64,000 nucleotides of DNA, from assembly GCA_004022145.1 (NCBI GenBank), contig RCNU01000006.1. The stretch is one strand, 5' to 3'. The stretch is from Paecilomyces variotii (lineage: Eukaryota). Below the pieces are notes generated by a model, which was not told the origin of the DNA, made no database searches, and worked only from the letters and a program-made list of their open reading frames with translations. Each line of letters begins with the position of its first letter. Position 1 is the first letter of the stretch. Position numbers and translations under genes: made by a program. Shown here piece by piece: positions 13,348 to 23,340 of the stretch.

Positions 13348-14804
13348 AGCGAGGATCCGGATAATAGTACCTGAGGGACGCTCGCTATTGTTCACAAAGC
13401 CATTTGGAATGAAGAGAATAAGCAACACGAATGTTCTGAATGCCTAAGCCCGGCAACCTAGAACTCAGCCACCGCATCAAAACGCGATCGCGCTTTTAAA
13501 ACCCCAGATATATACAAAATGTACGGTCCCTGCGCGCCCCCTGGTTTTTTCACCGAGGCCCGGCAGTTTTCTGCCGCGGGGAGTTGGGATCCACCACCCG
13601 ATATTACGATGAAGGACGATGGATTCGCACGCACTGCCATTCAGCTCGGAGCAAAATAAATGAATAAATGAATATGTTGATAATCGCCGAGCGCTAGCGA
13701 GGCGACAAAACAAAACTGAAATAACATTCAGAGGGATAGCCCCGAAAATACAGCCTCTAGAGCAATAACAACAGTGCGAATTATTTTGTTAGAATATACT
13801 GTACTTCTCGAGCTGAGATGGGAATGTGTTATGCGCTCTTTTCCTCGTGTCTGCCTGGCAGAATAGCAATTTCGATAATAACATTGCAGAGTGATACAAC
13901 TGGTTACTCTCCGTTATGCTTAGGTACGATAACGGGACTATGTCGGGACCATATAAGGCGTAAATACTTCAGGGAAAGTTAAATCAACAGGCTCACTTAA
14001 TCAATTCAAATTGACTATAAAAGAAATGAAAAAGAATCTGGACTGCTAGACAGCGTTATTCGGGGGTCGGCGTAGTGCGCATAGGCTTTTAGATTATACA
14101 GATTAGAAACAAGAGCTCAGATCAATTGACTACTTAACATATTCGAGTATTGGTAGATTCTTTTCGAACGAGATTGTTTTGCTGAGTTGCGAGTTGCTAG
14201 CAATGTGAAGTACTAATTCTAGAACCCAACAGTTGAACGCAAAGGCCAAGAACAGAACCACTTGAGTCGACCAAGGGTAAGCACGATTGAGGAACCATTC
14301 CAGTTGATGTGGGATCAAATGTCAAGTTGAGGAAACCTATCCGATGAAATTAGCAATGGGTTCCTCGGAGCCACCCAGCAGAGAAAGGCAAAAGACAAAG
14401 TAAAGTGGAAGAAGAATATTATTATCTGCTGCTTCGCTAGCGAGGAAGATCACTCTGATTTCCAGAATGTTCGAATAGCGTTGTCTGCATCAGGGCCTGC
14501 AGCCAAATGTAGGTAACTTCGTCGAGCAGGAGCTTCGTGATAGCTGCGTAAGCATATCCGATCCCAACGACGGTGAGCATGAAGGAAACAAGCAACAGTC
14601 GGATTCACTCTTTCTCTACAGTACAACCCAGCCATTGCGATGGGAGCAAATCCCAGATTGCATGAAGTCCCCAACGCAGCTGTCAATGTTACCAGGACAT
14701 GTTGATGCTCCAGGGGCCTAGACTTTTGACGCCTCCATAACCACTTCAAAGGCAGGTCGAGCTGAAGTCGCTATATTAGGCCAAAAAAATGGCAAAAGAA
14801 AAAA

Positions 14805-14923
14805 ACATACGACAGCAGGGATTCGCTGGTGGTCACCCACCCAACTACTAACCTGCCGGCGTGTGGCTTAAGTACGGCTGAGCGGACGGGAAGCCCTGTT
14901 TTCCACACCCTATGGTCGTATGT
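14805..14923 (-). rRNA. 5S rRNA (dispersed copy, 119 nt)
   Basis: Reverse complement ACATACGACCATAGGGTGTGGAAAACAGGGCTTCCCGTCCGCTCAGCCGTACTTAAG...TTAGTAGTTGGGTGGGTGACCACCAGCGAATCCCTGCTGTCGTATGT, followed by an oligo-T terminator; CATATA element near -29. Confidence 0.98.
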
Positions 14924-16229
14924 GCTCGATTAGAATGATCAAGAGGTATATGAATCTTGCATAAATGCATACCGAGTGTTTGCTAGTAGTAGTGTAACAC
15001 TGCCATATACCTTGCACCAATACGCAAGACGATTAGTGGAGACTTAATGGCGCTATATACCATAGGTCTACATATTCATCAGAAGCCAGATCAGGAACCG
15101 ATGTGAAGATTTGGTGGACCAAGTCGCGGGTGTCTGCCGACCTGTGCTTGAGCGGGCGCGGCAAGTTTCAGTACTGCTTTGTTTTCTGCGCAGAGTTCGA
15201 ATAATGGCAGTGGCCCAGGTCGGTAAATTTGTCTCGGGTGCTATTATCGACCGTAGATATGATCATGAGGGTTCCTCCTGTCGAAGCTCATGTATTTCTT
15301 TCTGATTGGTTGTTCCGCCCTAGGACGGTGAACAAAGCAAGATCAGGTACACTACCACGGAGTCCCCAGACTATTCTGGTTCGGATCCTAGGTCGTGGAC
15401 GCAGTGCTAGTGGGTTCATGATAATCCTGATGGGATGGACCCGTTAAGCATCCCTGCATGTTATCAAAGGTCCTGAAAGTGATCAACCACGAAGGGGGTG
15501 AGGCTGAAGGATTGCCCCATCGCATTCCTCAAGAAGCTTGCGGGGTTGCTATGAGGCTCTTTCATGGTTTTCCAGCCACATCCACGGATTGCTCAGATAT
15601 TCTTGAACGTCAAGCCAGCACAAAGAATGGAGTAGTCCAATGAGTAGGTAGCTATTTTCTATAGCAGCCATCATCTCCACCAGGACGTTCCTGGCCCACA
15701 ATGGAGAGAGCATCCACCATATCTCATGGTGATCATACGAGGAATCGAATCGATATGATATCTCGACGAGCCATGCTGGCAAGAAAGAAACCAGGAGAAA
15801 GAAGTCTGGTCAGCTGCACAGCACGTGATCCCACGGGAAGTGGCCCTAGGGGTGATGCGATTGGCCAGTGCAGACGGTTCCGTTTTGGGCGGCGGAGGGG
15901 CTCGTTCTTTGATGCGGAAATGATGGCGCGTCTTTCCGACAATAATAAAGAGTTTTCTGGATGATTATTATTATTATAATTTAGTATTACCAGATTAATA
16001 CCATATTCCGGAGGGCAGTACCAACAGTGGATATTCCATGAGCTGTCTCCATAACAACGATGGTAGTCAACAGTATTAGGTACTCTCCATGCTCCGCTGC
16101 CCCTAGATAATATTTCAATAAATACAACTGTAATAATAGTATCTAAAATAGATTATGGTACACATAAATTCTGTAATTAATTAATTATTATTGTTATTAT
16201 TATTAGCATCAGTTCAGTAAATACTGTCT

Positions 16230-16595
16230 GGAAGATTCCCCAGACCAAGTCATGATGAGCTCAGAGAACATCGACCCCTCCAGCGGGATTACGTCATGCG
16301 AGCACCCCGCCAGATCGCCGTGTCATCGATGCGATCTTCAATCTGCCATATTCATTCTAGAAGTCACTGGCGGTCTTCCTCTACCATATCTACCCAGTAA
16401 TTAATGGCCATTGCGGCCAGTGAAGGTGCCAGAACGCCTGGATGCTTCCTCAGCGGCACCGCTGGCACTTGCTAGCAGTTGCTGGGGCATCCCAGCCTTC
16501 GGTGGAGGGCTCGTGGCCCCCGTAGAATCGCATGGATTCCCATCGAAGCTCACCCGATGCTAGAAACTTCTGCCTCACCGCCCACCACTATATTA
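16230..16595 (+). promoter_or_regulatory. HSP70 promoter with heat-shock-element-like nGAAn pairs and a TATA-like box
   Basis: GGAAGATTCC 16230-16239, ATTCTAGAAG 16354-16363, AGAAACTTCT 16562-16571, TATATTA near 16589. Confidence 0.5.
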
Positions 16596-16804
16596 GTGAT
16601 TTCCTCGCACAACCGTAGCCTCAAGTTTCTTCCCTCAATCACATTCTCATCAAAAGACACTGAATCACGAATATCTCTGTCTTCTCTCTCCTGATAGACT
16701 CTTTTCTTTCCTAGGCTCGACCGTCCCTCGAGTCCTTAATATTGTACATTAGTCTTCCCTTTTCCACGAATTATTGACGAGTCTCTTACGAATCACCACA
16801 CACA

Positions 16805-18575
16805 ATGGCTCCCGCTGTTGGTATTGACTTGGGTACCACGTACTCCTGCGTGGGTGTCTACCGTGATGACCGTATCGAGATCATCGCCAACGACCAGGGT
16901 AACCGCACGACCCCATCGTTCGTGGCCTTCACCGACACCGAGCGTCTGATCGGTGATGCCGCTAAGAACCAGGTCGCCATGAACCCATCCAACACCGTCT
17001 TCGACGCCAAGCGTCTGATTGGACGTAAGTTCAGCGACCCTGAGGTCCAGGCCGATATGAAGCACTTCCCCTTCAAGGTCGTCGACAAGAACGGCAAGCC
17101 CGTCGTCGAGGTCGAGTTCAAGGGCGAGACCAAGCAGTTCACCCCCGAGGAGATCTCCTCCATGGTCCTGACCAAGATGCGTGAGACCGCTGAGTCTTAC
17201 CTCGGTGGTACCGTCAACAACGCTGTCGTCACCGTCCCTGCCTACTTCAACGACTCCCAGCGTCAGGCCACCAAGGACGCCGGTCTCATTGCCGGTCTGA
17301 ACGTCCTCCGTATCATCAACGAGCCCACGGCCGCCGCCATTGCCTACGGTCTCGACAAGAAGGCCGAGGGCGAGCGTAACGTCCTGATCTTCGACCTGGG
17401 TGGTGGTACTTTCGATGTTTCCCTCCTGACCATCGAGGAGGGTATCTTCGAGGTCAAGTCCACCGCTGGTGACACTCACCTGGGTGGTGAGGACTTCGAC
17501 AACCGTCTGGTTAACCACTTCGTTAACGAATTCAAACGCAAGTTCAAAAAAGTGAGTGCTTTCGCTGACTCTAATTTGCCATTGTGTTATACACTCCTGG
17601 CGCCCCCCTCCCCACCAACCCCCCAACCTCCATCTTGTTCCTGGTTTCTGTCTCTATCCCCAGGGATGGTTCGAGAGTGTACACCCTGATACTCTGTCTG
17701 ACCATTCCCAATGGGTATACATTGTGCCCAGGTACCACTGTCCTTTGCTATGTGACCTGGTTGCCTGGTTACATTTTGCTACTGTGGTATCGCTCTGCTG
17801 TCATTGTGCTATATTGTGGAAGCTGCTATACTACTACAGCTATAGCATTGCTAGTGTCTGGTTCCCTTCTAGCTCAAAAAGACAGCCAGCAGTGCAAGCT
17901 GCTTCAGTTCTAAGGTGCCTCCTTTCAGTGCATCTTTTGGGGCCTATGTATCGCCAGGACAGGTTGTATGGGCATAGCCACACTAGAAATAGTGTGACTT
18001 ATGGCCATCTTCGTCGGGCAACAATCTCTTGATGTGGATTTTTCTTCACTGTTTTCCCCCTTTTTTCAATCCGGTGCCCTCCCAATGATCACTTCTCCTT
18101 GCCCATCATGTCCCCTTAAACCCATATCACGTGATATCATTTCCATTTCCCTATCAACGTTCACACAGGAGCAAAAGTCACCTTAGGATCCTTAGGAGGA
18201 CTCTGCTATCATTGTTCAAACAATGGCAAAAGTCACCTTGGGATCTTTAGGGGGACTCCGCTATCATTGTTCACACAACGGCAAAAGTCACCTTAGGATT
18301 TGTAGGAGGACTCCGTGCTAACTTGAATAAACAGGACTTGACTACCAATGCTCGTGCGCTCCGTCGTCTGCGCACTGCTTGCGAGCGTGCCAAGCGTACC
18401 CTCTCTTCCTCTGCTCAGACCTCCATCGAGATCGACTCTCTCTATGAGGGTATTGACTTCTACACCTCCATCACCCGTGCCCGTTTCGAGGAGCTCTGCC
18501 AGGACCTCTTCCGCTCCACCATGGACCCCGTCGAGCGTGTCCTCCGTGACGCCAAGGTTGACAAGTCCTCCGTCC

Positions 18576-18627
<52 letters not shown>

Positions 18628-19501
18628 GGTCAGCGACTTCTTCAACAAGGAGCCCAACAAGTCCATCAACCCCGATGAGGCTGTCGCCTACGGTGCTGCC
18701 GTCCAGGCCGCCATCCTGTCTGGTGACACTTCCTCCAAGTCCACCAACGAGATCCTGCTGCTCGATGTCGCTCCTCTGTCCGTCGGTATCGAGACCGCTG
18801 GTGGTGTCATGACTCCTCTGATCAAGCGCAACACCACTATCCCCACCAAGAAGTCCGAGACCTTCTCCACCTACTCCGACAACCAGCCCGGTGTCCTGAT
18901 CCAGGTGTACGAGGGTGAGCGTGCTCGCACCAAGGACAACAACCTGCTCGGTAAGTTCGAGCTGACCGGCATTCCTCCGGCTCCTCGTGGTGTTCCTCAG
19001 ATTGAGGTTACCTTCGATGTCGACGCCAACGGTATCATGAACGTCTCTGCCGTCGAGAAGGGCACTGGTAAGAGCAACAAGATCACCATCACCAACGACA
19101 AGGGTCGTCTCTCCAAGGAGGACATTGAGCGCATGCTCGCCGAGGCTGAGAAGTACAAGGCTGAGGACGAGGCCGAGGCTGGCCGTATCCAGGCCAAGAA
19201 CGGTCTGGAGTCCTACGCCTACTCCCTCAAGAACACCCTCAACGAGGGTCAGCTCAACATCTCCGCCGGCGACAAGGAGAAGCTCCAGGCCGAGATTGAG
19301 AAGACCATCTCTTGGCTCGACAGCAACCAGACTGCCACCAAGGAGGAGTACGAGTCCACCCAGAAGGAGCTCGAGAGCGTTGCCAACCCCATCATCTCCG
19401 GTGCCTACGCTGGTGCTGCTGGTGGTGCTGCTCCTGGCGCCGCTGGTGCTTCTTCCACTAAGACTGCCGACGAGGTCGAGCAGCCTGAGGAGCTTGACTA
19501 A
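16805..19501 (+). CDS. hsp70: Cytosolic Hsp70 (Ssa-type); single intron 17552-18334
   Basis: '[11 protein letters not shown]', '[12 protein letters not shown]', '[13 protein letters not shown]'; exons join in frame [16 protein letters not shown]-terminus PEELD; strong high-expression codon bias. Confidence 0.99.
17566..18025 (+). ncRNA. Candidate structured cis-regulatory RNA inside the HSP70 intron
   Basis: Series of adjacent stem-loops with many G-U pairs, a GAAA-capped stem, and long-range helices (see findings). Confidence 0.55.
18151..18315 (+). repeat. Three tandem 55-bp repeats immediately upstream of the HSP70 intron branch point
   Basis: GCAAAAGTCACCTT recurs at 18171, 18226 and 18281 (period 55); units 18151-18205, 18206-18260, 18261-18315. 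Confidence 0.97.
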
Positions 19502-20342
19502 ACGGGTGCACGTGATGTTTCCGGAAACGGCTAGTTCTCGGATCTTCTTGATTCCCTCTTCTTAGTTCATTTTTCCTTTGTTTCGACATCTCGTTTGCTT
19601 GTTGGTCCTGGGTCGACAAGCGGATGCTGGCGCTAATGTCTTTTGCTTTTCTCATGATATGATGGCTTTGATTCCTTTTTAATTCCTGTTTTACGATTGC
19701 ATAGATTCATGTTTGCTTCGGGCATTTCATGATAGCAACACACTTAGGGAGGGAAAAGTTCCAGTGTGATCAATAAAGAAAGTTCATAATTATCTACTTC
19801 TTTTCTAACGAGGCCGTAGAACCGTAGGTAATTTTCCTAAGTATTGGTAACAAGAGTTGTCCTAATAGTAACTACCGCGTGATAGAGTAGACTAGGATTA
19901 TCAATCGATTCTCCAAGGAGTGCTTCACGTTACTAGCAACTCGCAACAGTTAGCAGTACTATGCCAGCCCCCGAACGTTGTTTCAGTTTATTTGCATGTG
20001 ACATCTTCTTTCTGCAGCCCTTTTCTTTCATTTTCATTGTATTTGTATCCCTTCCATTCGAAAACATGGAGTCTGTTGAGATTATCCATTATCTGAGAGG
20101 ATTTATGCATAAATCATCGCATAGGCGTATGTCGTATCATAACAGAAAAGTCCGCAGTTTATACATATGTTATTTGTATCGAACTTTATACGGAGTACTT
20201 ACAGTACAGTATGAGAAGGAAAGAATAAAAATTCCCAAAGAAATCTCCGCTCAATCAGAACTCCCTCCCTGACGAAATGTGAAAAAATGACCCTAAAAAG
20301 TTATACTTCCGTTGTATCCATGTCAATATCCACTTCGCGTAT

Positions 20343-20364
20343 TCTCTCTCTCTCTCTCTCTCTC
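20343..20364. repeat. (TC)n microsatellite in the NCE101 3' region
   Basis: About 11 TC units. Confidence 0.9.
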
Positions 20365-20376
20365 GTTTGAACCAAA

Positions 20377-20687
20377 TCAAAGATCCTTGAACTCTCCCCT
20401 CCACCACTTCCCGACTCGGCGCTGTCCGATGTCGAAGATGGTCTTGATTCCGATCTCTTTCGCGCGGTCCGGATGACGTTCTCGTTCTTCGCGCTGGATG
20501 CGGACAAAGGCGGCTGAGGCGCCGATTGCGAGGGCGAATATGGGGTCGCCGATTCTGATTTTAGGGGGGTTGATGTTAGCTAGAGATAAACTTGATGGGA
20601 GAGGACAGGAGAGGAGGGAAGGGTGTGGGGTGGGATGGAGGAGCGGTACTTGGAAAGAAGGTAAGGAGCGGACGCTGCGGCGGACAT
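20377..20687 (-). CDS. NCE101: Non-classical export protein 1-like small membrane protein; intron 20555-20649
   Basis: Spliced MSAAASAPYLLSK|IGDPIFALAIGASAAFVRIQREER...WWRGEFKDL*; 'YLxSKxxDPxFA' is the NCE101 signature. Confidence 0.8.
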
Positions 20688-21521
20688 GGTTGGTTTTGAT
20701 TCTATTTCTAGCTCTTTGGATTATTCGGTATAGGCTGTATCTCTCTCTTGCTGATAGTGGATAGATACGGTTCTCGTCGCGTAGATTGTTTTCGAGCTTG
20801 ACTTTCAAGAGATGGAATTGCGGGAGTTAACTGATGTCGGATGCGTCGTGCGTAACTCGTAAGTAATCGATAGATGCTCAAGATACTCGAAATATCAAGA
20901 AAGATGAAATTGGTTGATCTAGATCTCAAGATCGTAGTTCAATTGGTTGAAGCGTAAAAACAGTGCAGGATCAATCAATGATCCTTCGAGATAGCTACCG
21001 ATCTCGAGTAGTTAGTTACATGCGGAGGACCCGGCCGAGCCTTTGGCTTTCTGATTGGGCGGGCTTGTACCTGGCTTAGTCAGACGTTGGAGTCGATGCA
21101 TGAACGTAGTCTATTTAACTACCTACTGCAGCTCTATTAATGCTGTTGCATTCTATTTTGTTTTCTTGGTATTTTAGTCTGTTGGTAAGCTGCAAATTTA
21201 GAAGTGTAAGAAATATAGCCGTGTATGTTTTGTGTACTGCGAGAATAGCTCGTTATCAGAAGGACTCGTTAGAGGTACAAAGAACGCAGTAGCTTCAAAC
21301 ATCGATATCTACAACTGTAAGCTGAGAGAGGATCTCTTATAAGCTATTATGATATAGAATAATAAATAGCAATAAATATTCGCTGAGTAGCTTTTCGTCA
21401 TACAAATATCCGGCTATACTTACCTCCAGAAGGGGTATATCATCCGCTGTATATCCAAAACGCGTTACTAGACCCCTCTCAACCATTTAAGAAAAGCATC
21501 AAATAAAAAAAAGACGAATGC

Positions 21522-21778
21522 AAAAAAGCTCACACCCTCACCTCTCCTTTATATCAGAGAGCTGTGAGGGTGCTACGAAAAGCCCACCTTGCTTTTGGCG
21601 GGCAGGCTTTTTCAATCTCTAGGAACTGAGGAACATTTCTGACGGTCACTGGTGCCCAGAGCTACCTAGTTTTTTTGCTCTGACGCCCTCACGCCGACCC
21701 CGAGGTTCGAACAGGGAGCCTCCAGCTAGATGGAGCTGTGGGTGGTAATCCAGACCACTGCGCCATCTGGACTCCGCT
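21522..21778 (-). ncRNA. Unidentified RNA polymerase III-type transcript (tRNA-like promoter; ncRNA or SINE-like)
   Basis: TATATATT at 21804-21811; A box TGGCGCAGTGG 21755-21765; B box GTTCGAACC 21704-21712; downstream hairpins; T6 terminator 21522-21527; no tRNA cloverleaf. Confidence 0.6.
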
Positions 21779-22899
21779 GTTAAAGAGGGTTATGTTATCC
21801 TGGAATATATAGGGGGGTTTCTTTGTTTGGGTGGATGGCCTAAAGGGGAAGGCTATAGTCACGTGGAGGTAGGTGGATAGAGGGACTGTTGATACTTGGC
21901 TAAAGAGGTCTGTATTAGATATATTAGAATGGGAACTTAGTTTAGTGGCTAATGGCTATATTGTCTGGTTAGCTAGATAGATATTAGAATCGTATTTCAC
22001 ATTTATCTTTCCTACTAAGCTAGTAATTTGTATAGAGTAAGTTTACACAGTTAGTTATATCTCAACTATAAAGCGGTAGTTGTTGAAGTGTAATACATCA
22101 AAGTCGTCTAAAGAGCGTTTGTCCAATGCATTAGCCGAATTACTGATATAGCCAGCTATAAGGTTATACACACTACCATTAGGTCGTCTTGCCAAGTTAG
22201 AACTGTCATTTGGATTGCGAGTTAAGGGCGAAGACAGTTGCGCAGGCTTTCTATCCAAACGCCCTCAAGCTTTTTGCATGATACTTCAGTTCAGTTCTAT
22301 TACCTACATTTACATTAAATGTATAGATCAATAAATCTCTAGTACTTTTTATATAAGTTCTACTCTTATATTGTTATCAGAAAGCCTGCCGGCAAATAAA
22401 TCCTATTTTTAAAGATGCTATCGGTAGCTTTATCCCAGACACATTGAACCTCAATCTGCGTTCGTGGTACTGTGAGATAAACCCTGTTCCTTAAATGCTG
22501 GTGAAGGCTCGCCCTTTAAGCACAGACAAGTGGTCAGGAATAGTGATTATCTGACCGGATATACCACCGCTTGGATGCCCATATTCGAGCAGAATGTATA
22601 TATCTAGCTATTTCCACAACCCGACTCGATATACAATTCCAAAAACAAAAACGTACTCCCATCATCGGGGCAAGTTGCATGCCAAGGCAGAGACCATAGC
22701 TCAATCACGACACTTCGAAATGCACTATTCACCTCTCTGAACAACCCACGATGCACAGACATGGTAATAATTTGGTGCCCTCCAGTAGTAACTAGTTGGG
22801 CGCCAGCACCATCTTAATCAGCAGAGTAGTTGAGCTGACTTGCTCGAGCCACGTAGCTGGCTGACTCAATCAAGCATCTTCAGCATCCCCAGCAGCAGT

Positions 22900-23340
22900 T
22901 CCAGTATCATACTTTATACTTTGCGTATTTGCGGTCGACACAGCGAGATGCTTTGTGGTCCAAACAACTGATAAGCGACATGACTGGGAACAAGCCATGA
23001 TCCCTATGTCATCCCGAGTGTTGAGCGCTAACGGAGGTGCGTATTGAGAACGTCCCCGCTTTATCCATCTCCATTTTAACAATACTTCCTATCTGATTAG
23101 GAATAGATAAAGACAAAGTAATCCAGGACCTGCTGGGCAGACTAGTGGAGTCTAAAAAGGCGAAAGATGATTTATCGAGGAGACTAGATTTCTATCGAGG
23201 CAGTATTCACCAGAGTCATAGAGAGAGGGAGTTGAGTATGGGTCGTTGAAAAAGTGCCTCGGGTGTACTTAGTTTCACTAGCACCCGTATCGATCATGTT
23301 CGTGATCATGCAAAGATTTGGCACAAGGATGATTATTTCT
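22900..23340 (+). pseudogene. Possible decayed C2H2 zinc-finger gene fragments
   Basis: Broken frames give 'LCVFAVDTARCF...KRHDWEQAM' and 'KCLGCT*/FTSTRIDHVRDHAKIWH'; stops and frameshifts present. Confidence 0.2.

Noticed and set aside
11600-16000. Starship or other giant element inserted at the 5S gene
   Set aside because: The 5S copy is intact, there is no DUF3435 tyrosine recombinase or second 5S fragment, and the flanks are core genes
18151-18315. CRISPR-like reading of the 55-bp repeats
   Set aside because: Units are contiguous near-identical tandem copies with no unique spacers, in a eukaryotic intron with no cas genes
17552-18334. U14 or other box C/D snoRNA in the HSP70 intron (as in vertebrate hsc70)
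   Set aside because: No RTGATGA box C with a matching terminal CTGA, and no U14 domain A/B sequence found
16793-18577. Long antisense ORFs opposite HSP70 (277 aa and 94 aa)
   Set aside because: Well-known by-product of strong codon bias in hsp70 genes (often mislabelled NAD-GDH-like); no independent start or coding signal
21769-21778. 5' end of the Pol III candidate (AGCGGAGUCC) is complementary to GGACTCCGCT in HSP70 intron repeat 2 (18253-18262)
   Set aside because: A 10-nt match between a ~260-nt and a ~780-nt sequence is expected about 0.2 times by chance, so it is not evidence of a trans interaction without conservation
21690-21778. Calling this a tRNA gene
   Set aside because: A and B boxes are present, but no 7-bp acceptor stem or canonical anticodon arm can be built
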